64,000 bases of DNA from Acutalibacteraceae bacterium (GCA_051887355.1 JBJEZK010000007.1:3497-67496), one strand, 5' to 3'; shown: positions 53,268 through 63,021, numbered from the stretch's first letter. Program-made: numbers and translations. Notes: generated from the letters alone by a model not told the origin.

Positions 53268-54056
53268 ATGGAGAAGATAAATAAAAATAAGGTACTTAAA
53301 ATTCAAGATCTGTCAATAAATTATCATTCTGCTTTAAGTGAAACCGTAGCTATTAAAAATATGAATTTTGATGTTTATCAGGATGAATTTGTTACCATTG
53401 TGGGGCCGAGTGGATGTGGAAAAAGCACCTTTTTGTCGGCAGTTTCAGGTTTAATCAAGCCGTCCGAAGGAGATATAACCATAAATTCAAAAAGTAAAAC
53501 TTCTCAAACTGTTGGGTATATGTTTCAGCAAGACTGTTTGTTTCCGTGGAAAACAATAAAACAAAATGTTTTGCTTGGTCTTGAAATAAAAAATATGAAA
53601 AACAAATATTCTGAAGAGTACGTATTAAATCTTCTGGATAAATATGGTCTGTCCAAATTTTTAAACTACTATCCTTCGCAATTGTCGGGAGGAATGCGCC
53701 AGAAAGCCGCCCTTATTCGAACTCTTGCGTTAAACCCTGAAATTTTGCTTCTGGATGAGCCTTTTTCAGCTCTTGATTATCAAACTAGGATAAATATATC
53801 GCAGGAAATATGTGAGATTATTAAAAATGAGAAAAAAACGGCTGTGCTTGTGACTCATGACATATCTGAAGCTGTAAGCCTTTCGGACAGAGTTATAATT
53901 TTTTCTGCGCGCCCAAGTAAAGTAAAGAAAATTTTGGATATAAATTTTAGCAAACCTAATATTTCTTTCCACGAAAAAAGAAAAGATGAAAAATTTAATA
54001 AATATTTTGATATTATTTGGAGTGAACTTGCAAATGAAGAAGCTAAAAATAAATGA
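53268..54056 (+). CDS. ABC transporter ATP-binding protein (NitT/TauT family)
   Basis: Walker A 'GPSGCGKST', signature 'LSGGMRQ', Walker B 'LLLDEPFSALD'. Confidence 0.93.
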   Translation: MEKINKNKVLKIQDLSINYHSALSETVAIKNMNFDVYQDEFVTIVGPSGCGKSTFLSAVSGLIKPSEGDITINSKSKTSQTVGYMFQQDCLFPWKTIKQNVLLGLEIKNMKNKYSEEYVLNLLDKYGLSKFLNYYPSQLSGGMRQKAALIRTLALNPEILLLDEPFSALDYQTRINISQEICEIIKNEKKTAVLVTHDISEAVSLSDRVIIFSARPSKVKKILDINFSKPNISFHEKRKDEKFNKYFDIIWSELANEEAKNK

Positions 54057-54855
54057 AAAAAATTACACTGATGAACATAAAAACTACATAAAAAAATTAA
54101 AATTAAAGTCTTTACAAGTGCGTCTGACTCAAATAGGAATATTATTATTTTCTGTTATTTTTTGGGAAACCGCTGCGCAGCTAAAGTGGATAGATGCATT
54201 CATTTTTAGTTCTCCGTCAAGAATTTTTTGTACCACCATTTCGCTTATAAATTCAAATAATCTGTGGAATAACGTGATTTGTACTTTGTGTGAAACAGTG
54301 GTAGGGTTCGTTTTAGGGACTGCTTTGGGCGTTGCATTCGCAATTTTGATATGGTACTCCGACTTTGTTTTTAAGGTGAGCGAGCCTTATCTTGTGGTTT
54401 TTAATGCACTACCTAAAGTTGCTTTGGGCCCCATTATTATTGTGTGGATGGGATCGGGAATAAATTCTATAATTATAATGGCTTTGTTGGTTTCTGTGGT
54501 GGTGTCTACGATCAATATCTTATCGGGATTTCAAAATGTAGAAAGAGATAAGATATTTTTATTGAAATCTTTCGGTGCAAATAAACTTCAAATACTTTGG
54601 AATTTAATCCTTCCTTCAAATATTTCAACGATAATGTCAACTCTTAAAATAAATGTAGGAATGTCTTTAATAGGTGTAATTACCGGAGAATTTTTGGTTT
54701 CCTCCGAAGGGATAGGCTATCTGATAGTTTATGGTGGCCAGGTTTTTAAACTTGACCTTGTAATGACAGGAATATTTGTACTTCTTGTTATAGCGGCTGC
54801 TATTTATTTGATAGTGGCAAAATTGGAAAATATATATCTTAAAAATAAAAAATGA
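54034..54855 (+). CDS. ABC transporter permease (NitT/TauT family)
   Basis: Six-TM profile with an EAA-like loop 'ERDKIFLLKSFGANKLQILWNLILP'. The ATG at 54034 overlaps the ATPase gene's end. Confidence 0.85.
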   Translation: MKKLKINEKNYTDEHKNYIKKLKLKSLQVRLTQIGILLFSVIFWETAAQLKWIDAFIFSSPSRIFCTTISLINSNNLWNNVICTLCETVVGFVLGTALGVAFAILIWYSDFVFKVSEPYLVVFNALPKVALGPIIIVWMGSGINSIIIMALLVSVVVSTINILSGFQNVERDKIFLLKSFGANKLQILWNLILPSNISTIMSTLKINVGMSLIGVITGEFLVSSEGIGYLIVYGGQVFKLDLVMTGIFVLLVIAAAIYLIVAKLENIYLKNKK

Positions 54856-54955
54856 CTCACTATTGTTAATCACTTTTGATATGTATAAATCATATTATAT
54901 AAATGCGCAGATTATATAATAAGCGCAAATAATAATAAAGGATAGGTAGGGCTCT

Positions 54956-55162
54956 ATGAATGATTTTATTAAAGATACTTTAATCAGTCAATACGGAATA
55001 AGTCCGCTTCCAAATGACCCTGTTGTAGCTATGGCTTATGTGCCTTTTCAAGTGGCTGATAGTGTATATAGCGCTGAACAAGGGTTAGCTTCCGGTACAA
55101 TGTTCCCGGAATTGAACAAACCATTCGAAGGGGAAACTGTGGAGGGAAATGTCAATGAATGA
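54956..55162 (+). CDS. cotJA: Spore coat-associated protein CotJA
   Basis: 'AMAYVPFQ...YSAEQGLASGTMFPELNKPF' is the CotJA signature. First gene of the cotJABC order. Confidence 0.85.
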   Translation: MNDFIKDTLISQYGISPLPNDPVVAMAYVPFQVADSVYSAEQGLASGTMFPELNKPFEGETVEGNVNE

Positions 55163-55415
55163 ACGTGAAATGATGATGAGACGTATAGCAACGCTGGATT
55201 TTGCGATAGTTGAACTTAATTTATACATGGATACACATCCCAATGACACAGAAGTGAACGCAAAATTAAATGACTATAAGAAAAAAAGTGACGAATTAAA
55301 AAAAGAATATCAGGATAAATATGGTCCAATAACGTCTAAGACGATAGAGGATAACAGATATGGTTGGATTGCCGACCCTTGGCCCTGGAATAATTCAGAA
55401 AGCGGTGAAGAATAA
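55149..55415 (+). CDS. cotJB: Spore coat protein CotJB
   Basis: 'LDFAIVELNLYMDTHPND' and 'YGPIT' are typical of CotJB. Confidence 0.85.
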   Translation: MSMNEREMMMRRIATLDFAIVELNLYMDTHPNDTEVNAKLNDYKKKSDELKKEYQDKYGPITSKTIEDNRYGWIADPWPWNNSESGEE

Positions 55416-56023
55416 TGTGGGTTTATGAGAAAAAGTTGCAATATCCGGTTAATATAAAAAACCCTAACCCTGCGCTTGCTAAAATGATAATAACTCAGTA
55501 CGGAGGTCCTGATGGTGAGCTGGGAGCTTCGCTTAGATATCTGAGCCAAAGGTTTTCTATGCCTTATCCCGAGCTTAAAGCAATACTTACAGATGTAGGA
55601 ACTGAAGAATTAGGGCATCTAGAAATGATAGGCGCTATTGTGTATCAGCTTACAAAAAATTTGACGCCGGAAGAAATTGAAAAAAATGGTTTTGCAGATT
55701 ATTTTGTAGATCATACTACAGGTGTGTATCCTACATCGGCCGGCGGGCAATCTTACACTGCCGCAAGTATGCAGGTTAAAGGAGATCCAATAACCGATTT
55801 GCATGAAGATTTAGCAGCAGAGCAAAAGGCTCGTTCTACATATGATAATATTTTAAGATTTTGTGATGACCCTGATGTTAAAGACCCTATAAGATTTTTA
55901 CGAGCTAGAGAAGTTGTTCACTATCAACGCTTCGGTGAAGGGTTACGGCTGTGTACTGATAGATTGGACAGCAAAAACTTCTATGCTTTCAATCCTTCTT
56001 TCGACCGAAAAAAGGGAAAATAA
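55415..56023 (+). CDS. cotJC: Spore coat protein CotJC (manganese catalase family)
   Basis: 'MWVYEKKLQYPV', 'GGPDGELGASLRYLSQR', 'EELGHLEMIG'. Confidence 0.92.
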   Translation: MWVYEKKLQYPVNIKNPNPALAKMIITQYGGPDGELGASLRYLSQRFSMPYPELKAILTDVGTEELGHLEMIGAIVYQLTKNLTPEEIEKNGFADYFVDHTTGVYPTSAGGQSYTAASMQVKGDPITDLHEDLAAEQKARSTYDNILRFCDDPDVKDPIRFLRAREVVHYQRFGEGLRLCTDRLDSKNFYAFNPSFDRKKGK

Positions 56024-56041
56024 AAAAACTTAATATGATTA

Positions 56042-56085
56042 GCAGTGTCTTTTTCTTTGAAGAAAAGACACTGCACTTTTATTTC
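56042..56085 (+). terminator. Rho-independent terminator of cotJ
   Basis: 13-bp stem GCAGTGTCTTTTC / GAAAAGACACTGC followed by a T-rich tail. Confidence 0.85.
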
Positions 56086-56251
56086 CAAAAACAAGTCAAA
56101 ATAAAATTTTCCCAATAAAACTATTAAATCCACACAAAATTAAAATTATAAAAGAGTTGATTTCTTGATTTTTGTCAATATATATTTTTACAATTAAATG
56201 ATAAAATGTAGTTACAGTGTAAAGTTTTGAGGAAGGGAATTTGAAGATTAT

Positions 56252-57055
56252 ATGTCAAAAAAATTTGTTAAAATTATTGTAGCGTTGGTAGTTATTAGTA
56301 GCTTAAAAAATGGTCTTGAAGCAGTTTGCCCCAGTATGTCAGCAAGATGTCATCCCAGGCCTCCTCAATCAAGAAAGTTTCAAAATGTAGTTGATGGACA
56401 AAGATTGAAAAGGAGTCCGGTTGTTCCACCTCAATCGAAAGGGCCTCAAGCAGTGATCAGTGTGCAAAACTTTCAGCTCTTTAAAATATTATTTTTCGGA
56501 AACTTAATATTAAAAGACATATCATCAGGAAAGTATTACCAGAATTACTATTATAGAAAAGGAACAAAATGTTCCGAAGATATCGAAACAGAAATTTACT
56601 GGCATAGAGATAGTAAATTTAATGTATATAGTTTCTTTAATTCAAAAGAAAAATCCTTTGAAGGAGAAGGAGTTTGTTTACTTTTTTATGATAAAACCGC
56701 TGTAGAATGCCCTGTTAAAGATTCTATGAAGTACGATATTATAGCGGTAAGATTGCCAAATAAAATTGATTTTAATTTTAAACAAGGGGACTTCTCTCGT
56801 GAAGATGATGAGAATATAGAAAAATTTGTCAATAATCATATAACTTCTCGCGCCGGATATGGGTGTTTTGTGGATAGCGAATGGATGATATTTTTCTCGA
56901 TGGATTTTTGTAAAAAGCATCCCGACTATATTTCGGCAGAAAATTTTAAAGAATCTTTAAACAAGCTTATTGATATGCTTTATGATAAAGGGTATGATTC
57001 ACTGTCTTCAAAAATATTTCATGAATATGTGAACCAAAAAAAGAAGCTAGGATAA
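56252..57055 (+). CDS. Hypothetical protein (267 aa) with an N-terminal hydrophobic anchor and a Pro/Gln/Arg-rich segment
   Basis: ORF with a GAGGAAGGGA RBS at a longish spacing. 'KIIVALVVISSL' hydrophobic start. The body has no motif I recognise. Confidence 0.5.
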   Translation: MSKKFVKIIVALVVISSLKNGLEAVCPSMSARCHPRPPQSRKFQNVVDGQRLKRSPVVPPQSKGPQAVISVQNFQLFKILFFGNLILKDISSGKYYQNYYYRKGTKCSEDIETEIYWHRDSKFNVYSFFNSKEKSFEGEGVCLLFYDKTAVECPVKDSMKYDIIAVRLPNKIDFNFKQGDFSREDDENIEKFVNNHITSRAGYGCFVDSEWMIFFSMDFCKKHPDYISAENFKESLNKLIDMLYDKGYDSLSSKIFHEYVNQKKKLG

Positions 57056-57067
57056 GCTTCTTTTTTG
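57036..57067. terminator. Bidirectional terminator between the 267-aa gene (+) and ireB (-)
   Basis: AAAAAAGAAGCT / AGCTTCTTTTTT stem. The 5' arm overlaps the last codons of the plus-strand gene. Confidence 0.75.
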
Positions 57068-57072
57068 TGATT

Positions 57073-57318
57073 TTAATTTGTTAAATAAAATTTTATCAAA
57101 GTTCTAAGAAATTCATATCTATCTATTTTTTTTATCAGATTTCTTGCATCATTATGAGTAGTGATATAAGTTGGATCTTCGGAAAGAATATATCCTACTA
57201 TTTGATTGATAGGATTGTATCCTTTTTCAAGTAACGCATCGTATACCTTTGATAGAATCACCTTTGTGTTACTCTCTCTGTCACTAATTAAGGAAAATGT
57301 TATAGTTTCGTCAGACAT
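57073..57318 (-). CDS. ireB: IreB-family regulatory phosphoprotein (UPF0297 / YrzL)
   Basis: '[38 protein letters not shown]' is the family signature. Confidence 0.88.
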   Translation of the reverse strand: MSDETITFSLISDRESNTKVILSKVYDALLEKGYNPINQIVGYILSEDPTYITTHNDARNLIKKIDRYEFLRTLIKFYLTN

Positions 57319-57378
57319 ATTATCACCTCTTGCTTAATATAGTACAAGATTTTGAAATTAAAATCAATACTTTTGTTT

Positions 57379-57816
57379 TTACACTAATTCTTTTAAAGAT
57401 TGAAGTGCCAAAAAATAACTTTTTTTACCAAATCCTACTATCTGACCTACGCATACATCCGATATTACACACTGATGTCGGAATTTTTCTCTGGCGAAAA
57501 TATTTGTCATGTGTGCTTCTACAAAAGGGATTTTCACAAAAGATATAGCATCCCTCAGTGCATAGCTGTAATGTCCCAGTGCACCGGGATTTATCACGAC
57601 TCCATCAAATTTTTCTTTGGAATCATGAATTTTATCAATCAAAGCACCTTCCCAGTTGCTTTGAAATACCTCGCAGTTGAATCCGATGGAGTCTCCATAT
57701 GAAATTATTTGAGATTTGATGCTTTCTGCAGTTTCTTCTCCGTAAATTCCCTTTTCACGGATACCTGTCATATTTAAATTAGGACCTAAAATTATAAGTA
57801 CATTTTTTTTCTTCAT
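57379..57816 (-). CDS. aroQ: Type II 3-dehydroquinate dehydratase
   Basis: 'ILGPNLNMTGIREKGIYG', 'NPGALGHYSYALRDA', 'EAHMTNIFAREKFRH'. Confidence 0.93.
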   Translation of the reverse strand: MKKKNVLIILGPNLNMTGIREKGIYGEETAESIKSQIISYGDSIGFNCEVFQSNWEGALIDKIHDSKEKFDGVVINPGALGHYSYALRDAISFVKIPFVEAHMTNIFAREKFRHQCVISDVCVGQIVGFGKKSYFLALQSLKELV

Positions 57817-57845
57817 TTTCTGCTCCTTTTAAGGAATGATTTTTG

Positions 57846-58355
57846 TTAATTTAAATGTATTTTTTTGTTTTTTAGTATTTTATTTTTAATTGGTATTTCT
57901 AAAAATCTTTTTAACTTCAACATAAATGTTTTGCTTTTGCTTACAGGATCAACCAGTATAGATTTTATTCCAAGAAAATTTGCTCCAAGGACATCTGTAA
58001 AAATTTGATCTCCGACAATTATAATTTCTGACTTTGGAATCCCTAGTTCGTGTATTGCTTTTTTAAATCCGTGACTAAATGGTTTTATTCCGAAAGATAT
58101 ATAAGGAAGATTGAGTAATTTTGCAAATGATTCTACTCTTTTTTTAAAATTATTTGAAACTAAAATCAATTTTACGTTATTTTGTTGAATAGATTTTATC
58201 CACAATATAATTTTTTCATTGGGAGTGGAACTTTTATGTGGAACTAAAGTATCGTCTATATCTAATATAATACCACGTATATTTAATTTTTTTAATGTGC
58301 TTATACTGATTTTATCTACTTTGTCTATGTAAAAAGAGGGATAGAAAATTGACAT
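57846..58355 (-). CDS. yqeG: YqeG-family HAD-IIIA phosphatase
   Basis: 'GIILDIDDTLVPH', 'LVSNN' and 'IIVGDQIFTDVLGAN' HAD motifs I-III. Confidence 0.88.
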   Translation of the reverse strand: MSIFYPSFYIDKVDKISISTLKKLNIRGIILDIDDTLVPHKSSTPNEKIILWIKSIQQNNVKLILVSNNFKKRVESFAKLLNLPYISFGIKPFSHGFKKAIHELGIPKSEIIIVGDQIFTDVLGANFLGIKSILVDPVSKSKTFMLKLKRFLEIPIKNKILKNKKIHLN

Positions 58356-58399
58356 GAAAGGACCTCCGACGAAGATTTTTATTAATTATTAAATACATA

Positions 58400-58432
58400 T
58401 TCCCCCTCAAATGTATGTGACATGAGGGGGAA
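58400..58432 (-). terminator. GC-rich hairpin after rpsU (probable terminator)
   Basis: TTCCCCCTCA / TGAGGGGGAA 10-bp stem. The downstream T-run is weak (TATGTATTTAAT). Confidence 0.55.
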
Positions 58433-58458
58433 ATATTAAAACTAAGATTTTAACTCAA

Positions 58459-58761
58459 TTACCATTTGTTGCCGTTAAATCTATTGTTTTTTTTATGTCT
58501 TCTTGCTGCTTTAGACTTTTTCTTGCGCTTTACGGAGGGTTTATCATATGCTTCTCTTTTTCTTACTTCGGAAATTATTCCCGAGCTTTGTCTTTTGAAC
58601 TTTCTGAGAGCATTTTCCAAAGAGTCAATCTTTCTGGTTTGAAACTTTTGTTCATCGGATGTTTCGGAACTCAAAGAATTAACCTCTTCATTTTTTTCAG
58701 CCGAATATTTTTGCTCACCGCTTGTAGAGCTGCTAATTTCAGCCTTAATTTCCTCTGCCAT
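58459..58761 (-). CDS. rpsU: 30S ribosomal protein S21 with a 44-aa acidic, Ser-rich N-terminal extension
   Basis: The C-terminal 56 aa '[47 protein letters not shown]' align with canonical S21. The only start with an RBS is the ATG at 58761, 7 nt after GGAGGG. No in-frame ATG/GTG/TTG lies near the canonical start position. Confidence 0.85.
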   Translation of the reverse strand: MAEEIKAEISSSTSGEQKYSAEKNEEVNSLSSETSDEQKFQTRKIDSLENALRKFKRQSSGIISEVRKREAYDKPSVKRKKKSKAARRHKKNNRFNGNKW

Positions 58762-58856
58762 TTATTTCCCTCCAATCGTTTATAGTTTTGTATGTAATAA
58801 GACGTCTTCCCTGAAGCCGCCACCACGATTATAACACACAACCGATATTATATACC

Positions 58857-58886
58857 ATATTGACATTGATTGTCAAGAACTAACTT
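58857..58886 (-). promoter_or_regulatory. Sigma-A promoter of rpsU
   Basis: Minus strand reads TTGACA, 18 nt spacer, TATAAT. The -35 is part of a TTGACAttgatTGTCAA palindrome. Confidence 0.6.
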
Positions 58887-59015
58887 GTTTTTATTTTTAC
58901 AATATTCAGATTCATTTTTTTACCTCAAATGCAAATACTATTTACATTGCAAATTTTAATAGATATAATAAAACATAGTAAAAAATCTTTTAAAACAAAT
59001 TTACGAGGTAAGATT

Positions 59016-60008
59016 ATGGGACTAGATAAAGTTTCGGTTGTTATACCTGTGCGAAATGAGGAACGATACATAAAAGAGTGTTTGGATTCTTTGATAGATC
59101 AAGATTACCCAAAAGAATTTTTAGAAATTATACTTGTGGATGGGCTATCAGATGATAAAACTTTGGAAATAATAAGCGACTATGCGAAGAAGTATTCGTT
59201 CATAAAATTTTATTTAAATCCTCATAAAACTGTTCAATATGCTATGAACATAGGTATAAATAATTCTTCGGGGAAATATATTGTTCGTATGGATGCTCAT
59301 GCTTGGTATGCAAGAGATTATATAAGTATGTGTATTAAATATCTCCAAAAGACAAAAGCTCAGAATGTTGGCGGTACAACTGTGGTTCGAGGAAAAAACC
59401 GTATGCAAAAGGTTATTGCTGCGGCTTATCATTCTCCATTTGCTCTTGGTGGAAGCAAACATTACGACGAGAAATTTGAAGGGTTTGCCGATACGGTTGC
59501 GTGGGGAGCGTTTGAGAGGGAATATTTAGTAAAATTAGGCATGTACGACGAGAAACTTCCTCGCAGCGAAGATGATGACTTGAATTTTAGGATTGAAAAA
59601 TCCGGAGGAAAAATTTTTATAACACCAAAAATAAAAAGTATTTATTATCCAAAAGAAACTTTAACAAAACTTTTTAAGCAATATTTTGATTACGGAACTT
59701 GGAAAGTTGCAGTGATTAAAAAACATCGTAGACCATCTCGAATAGTCCATTTAACACCAATGCTTTTTGTTTTGTTTATCGTTTTATTCGGAACATTATC
59801 TTTTTGCTTTGAGCCGATTTCAAAAATATTTTTTGGGGTAATGTTGATTTATTTTATGCTTGATATTTATTTTTCTTTTAGGAATAAATATGCAAAAAAA
59901 TTTAGCGATAAAATTCTTCTGGCAATAACTCATTTTGTTATTCATGTTGCTTACGGATTTGGGTTCTGGAGAGGAATTTTTAAGTTCATAAATTCGAATT
60001 GGAATTAA
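59016..60008 (+). CDS. Family 2 glycosyltransferase with a C-terminal membrane domain
   Basis: 'VSVVIPVRNEERYI', 'VDGLSDD', 'RMDAH' and 'EDDDLNFR' GT-A motifs. Three C-terminal TM segments. Confidence 0.88.
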   Translation: MGLDKVSVVIPVRNEERYIKECLDSLIDQDYPKEFLEIILVDGLSDDKTLEIISDYAKKYSFIKFYLNPHKTVQYAMNIGINNSSGKYIVRMDAHAWYARDYISMCIKYLQKTKAQNVGGTTVVRGKNRMQKVIAAAYHSPFALGGSKHYDEKFEGFADTVAWGAFEREYLVKLGMYDEKLPRSEDDDLNFRIEKSGGKIFITPKIKSIYYPKETLTKLFKQYFDYGTWKVAVIKKHRRPSRIVHLTPMLFVLFIVLFGTLSFCFEPISKIFFGVMLIYFMLDIYFSFRNKYAKKFSDKILLAITHFVIHVAYGFGFWRGIFKFINSNWN

Positions 60009-60032
60009 TTTTTTAAGAGAAGGTGTATTACG

Positions 60033-60884
60033 ATGGAAGATAAAGATAAATGCATAAGTTTATCTTCGGAACAGCTCAGAAATTTGCAACTTAAAGGTCT
60101 TGAAATTTTATTATATTTCAAAGAATTTTGTGAAAAACATGGATTGCTGTTTTATTTTTGCGGGGGGTGCTGTATCGGAGCTATCAGGCATGAAGGATTT
60201 ATTCCCTGGGACGATGATGTAGATGTTTTTATGCCTCGTGATCACTATGAAAAATTATTTGTGCTTTGGGATAAATATGCCGATAAGGAAAAATATTCGT
60301 GCAACAGAACAACAAAAGATAAGTATATGGGGAACATAATGACGACTATAACCGATAACGAAACTACAGTTGTGCGGCCTTGGCAAGTCGGAAAAGACGG
60401 CGGGCGAGGAGTAATGATAGATATTTTGCCGCTAGATGGCTGTGCGCCGCATGGAATAAAAAGAAAAGTTCAAATGATGTGGAGCATGATATTTTCACTT
60501 TATTGTTCAAAAATGGTTCCAACAAAACATGGTAAATTCGTTTCGCTGGTTTCAAAAGTGCTGCTAAAACTTGTTCCGGGCGACAATTTGAAGTACAAAT
60601 TATGGAAATTTGCAGAGAAACAAATGTCTAAATATGAGATAAAAGATTCTGAATATATCACTGAGCTTTGTGCAGGACCGGGCTATATGAAAAACGAGTA
60701 TCCCAAAGAAATATTCGATCATGCGGTGTATAAAAAATTCGAAGGCCATATGTTACCTGTACCTGTGGGATACGATAAGTATTTAAAAATTGCCTTTGGA
60801 AACTATATGAAGTTTCCTCCGAAAGATAAGCAAGTTGCACATCATGATATAATCTATATGGATCTTGAAAAAGGGGAAAAATAA
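60033..60884 (+). CDS. licD: LicD-family phosphotransferase
   Basis: 'GGCCIGAIRHEGFIPWDDDVDVFMPR' and 'IDILPLD' LicD motifs. Confidence 0.88.
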   Translation: MEDKDKCISLSSEQLRNLQLKGLEILLYFKEFCEKHGLLFYFCGGCCIGAIRHEGFIPWDDDVDVFMPRDHYEKLFVLWDKYADKEKYSCNRTTKDKYMGNIMTTITDNETTVVRPWQVGKDGGRGVMIDILPLDGCAPHGIKRKVQMMWSMIFSLYCSKMVPTKHGKFVSLVSKVLLKLVPGDNLKYKLWKFAEKQMSKYEIKDSEYITELCAGPGYMKNEYPKEIFDHAVYKKFEGHMLPVPVGYDKYLKIAFGNYMKFPPKDKQVAHHDIIYMDLEKGEK

Positions 60885-60886
60885 TT

Positions 60887-61270
60887 TTGAAAAAGGCGTT
60901 TTTAGTATGGATTTGTATAGTTATCGGTTGTTTTTTTGTTTTTTTGCTTACACTATGTTTTGGAAAATCTCAAAGAGTAATTTGCATGATAGAGCAAAAA
61001 ACATTTTCTTTTTTGCTGGTGAGAGGCGAGCTTAAAGAATGTTCATTGAATATGTCATGTTATATTGAAAATTCTCAAGAAGAAAAAATTATGTATATAA
61101 AAAATAATATTATCGGGAAATATTCTTATAATTATGATACTATAGAGAAAATAAAGGAATACCTGTCTTTTAATAACGGAAAGATTGTTTCGATAGAAAA
61201 CGGCGGATATACTTTTATCGGACTTGGTTGGTTAAGTAAGCAGTTTAAGAATTTAGGAGGTAAAATATGA
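60887..61270 (+). CDS. Hypothetical membrane-anchored protein (127 aa)
   Basis: TTG start. Single N-terminal TM 'VWICIVIGCFFVFLLTLCF'. Embedded in the glycopolymer cluster and overlaps the tarI start. Confidence 0.5.
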   Translation: MKKAFLVWICIVIGCFFVFLLTLCFGKSQRVICMIEQKTFSFLLVRGELKECSLNMSCYIENSQEEKIMYIKNNIIGKYSYNYDTIEKIKEYLSFNNGKIVSIENGGYTFIGLGWLSKQFKNLGGKI

Positions 61271-61986
61271 TATTCGGAGCAATAGTAGCCGGGGGAGTAG
61301 GAAGTAGAATGAAAAATCACGATTTGCCCAAGCAGTTTCTTCCGCTGGGCCCTTCGGGAAAGCCGATTATAATCCACACTCTGGAAAAATTTTTACTTTG
61401 CAATCGTCTGGATTGCATTTATTTGGGCGTGCATAAGGACTGGATAGATTATACCGAAGAAATTTTGGAAAAATATTGTTTGAATTCTAATAATATTTTT
61501 ATTGTTGAGGGTGGTGGAGATAGAAATACTACCATATTAAATATAATAAATTCTATTGAAAAAAATCATGGAGAAAGTAGCGAACATATTATAGTAACTC
61601 ATGATGCTGTTCGACCTTTTCTGACAGTCAGAATGATAGAAGACAATATTGATGCTGCTATTGAATGCGGAGGTTGTGATACGGTGGTTCCGGCGATCGA
61701 TACAATAATAGAATCCCAAAACGGAAATTTTGTATCCTCAATCCCCAATAGAAATTATATGTATCAAGGTCAAACTCCTCAAAGTTTTAATATGTCCAAA
61801 CTTAAAAATCTTTATAATGAACTTACTACGGAAGAAAGATCAATTTTAACAGACGCTTGTAAGATATTTTTGTTTAGAAATGAGCCGATTAAGCTTATAA
61901 AGGGTGACACTTTTAATATAAAAATAACTACACCCGGCGACTATAAAATAGCTTCTGCTATAGTTGGAGGAAATTTAATTGATTAA
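61267..61986 (+). CDS. tarI: Ribitol-5-phosphate cytidylyltransferase TarI (IspD family)
   Basis: 'GAIVAGGVGSRM...LPKQFL' aligns closely with streptococcal TarI. A TarJ gene follows. Confidence 0.88.
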   Translation: MIFGAIVAGGVGSRMKNHDLPKQFLPLGPSGKPIIIHTLEKFLLCNRLDCIYLGVHKDWIDYTEEILEKYCLNSNNIFIVEGGGDRNTTILNIINSIEKNHGESSEHIIVTHDAVRPFLTVRMIEDNIDAAIECGGCDTVVPAIDTIIESQNGNFVSSIPNRNYMYQGQTPQSFNMSKLKNLYNELTTEERSILTDACKIFLFRNEPIKLIKGDTFNIKITTPGDYKIASAIVGGNLID

Positions 61987-62995
61987 TTATATTTACGAAC
62001 TTGTTGCTCCGGGCATGTTTTCGATTAAATACGAAGACATGAATATAGACAAAAATGTTATAATAAAGCCCGAATATATGGCGGTGTGCCACGCAGATCA
62101 GAGATATTATCGTGGGCAGCGTCACACGGATACACTTAAAAAAAAGTTGCCCATGGCTCTTATTCATGAGTGTATGGGTAGGGTGATTTGTGACTGCACC
62201 GGTACCTATAAAAGTGGTCAGAAAGTTGTTTTAATTCCGAATGTTAGATCAAAAATTTCGCAGGAAGGAATATATGAAAATTATCAAAAAGGAGCAGCTT
62301 TTTTGTCTAGTGGCAAGGACGGGTTTATGAGAGAGTTTATTAATCTGCCTGCAGATAGGGTTGTTCCGATTGACGGGATACCCGGAAGTATAGCTGCAAT
62401 TTCGGAATTTGTAAGCGTTGGGGTACATGCTGTAAGGAGATTTAAAAATTCTTCTCATAACACTAAAAAATCCATAGGAATTTGGGGTGATGGGAGCCTG
62501 GCATATGTTCTTTCATGTATCATTAAGGCAGAATTTCCGGATGCGACCCTGACAGTTATTGGAAGAGATTACTCAAAGCTTTCACAATTTACATTTGTGG
62601 ATAACACGTATTTTTCGTACGATATTCCTGAAAATTTTAACATAGATCATGCTTTTGAATGTGCCGGCGGAGAAGGAAGTTACTACGCCATAGATGACAT
62701 AATTCGATATATTAATCCGCAAGGAAGCGTTATGCTTTTGGGAGTAAGCGAAAATAAAGTTGCGATAAATACACGTGATGTTTTAGAAAAAGGATTGACT
62801 TTAATTGGATGCAGCAGATCGGGTAGGGAAGATTTTGAGCAGGCGGTTAAATTTCTTGAAAAGAATAATTTTCAAAACAGAATAAAAAGAATTATTTACG
62901 AAGATTTGCCCGTGTCTTCAATTCAAGACATTCACCGAGTTTTTGAAACAGATTCGTCAACTGCATTTAAAACATCATTTAAATGGGATTTGTAA
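61979..62995 (+). CDS. tarJ: Ribulose-5-phosphate reductase TarJ (zinc-type alcohol dehydrogenase family)
   Basis: 'MINYIYEL...PEYMAVCHADQRYYRGQR...KKKLPMALIHE' closely parallels S. pneumoniae TarJ. TTG start 8 nt after GGAGG. Confidence 0.88.
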   Translation: MINYIYELVAPGMFSIKYEDMNIDKNVIIKPEYMAVCHADQRYYRGQRHTDTLKKKLPMALIHECMGRVICDCTGTYKSGQKVVLIPNVRSKISQEGIYENYQKGAAFLSSGKDGFMREFINLPADRVVPIDGIPGSIAAISEFVSVGVHAVRRFKNSSHNTKKSIGIWGDGSLAYVLSCIIKAEFPDATLTVIGRDYSKLSQFTFVDNTYFSYDIPENFNIDHAFECAGGEGSYYAIDDIIRYINPQGSVMLLGVSENKVAINTRDVLEKGLTLIGCSRSGREDFEQAVKFLEKNNFQNRIKRIIYEDLPVSSIQDIHRVFETDSSTAFKTSFKWDL

Positions 62996-63021
62996 AATAA
63001 AATTGAGGAGAAAAAATATTG

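Noticed and set aside
54900-54955. Possible sigma-E promoter (TCATATT ... ATTATATAAT) and a TGCGC/GCGCA hairpin upstream of cotJA
   Set aside because: The match to the -10 consensus (CATACA-T) is poor and the hairpin stem is only 5 bp, so I could not support either feature.
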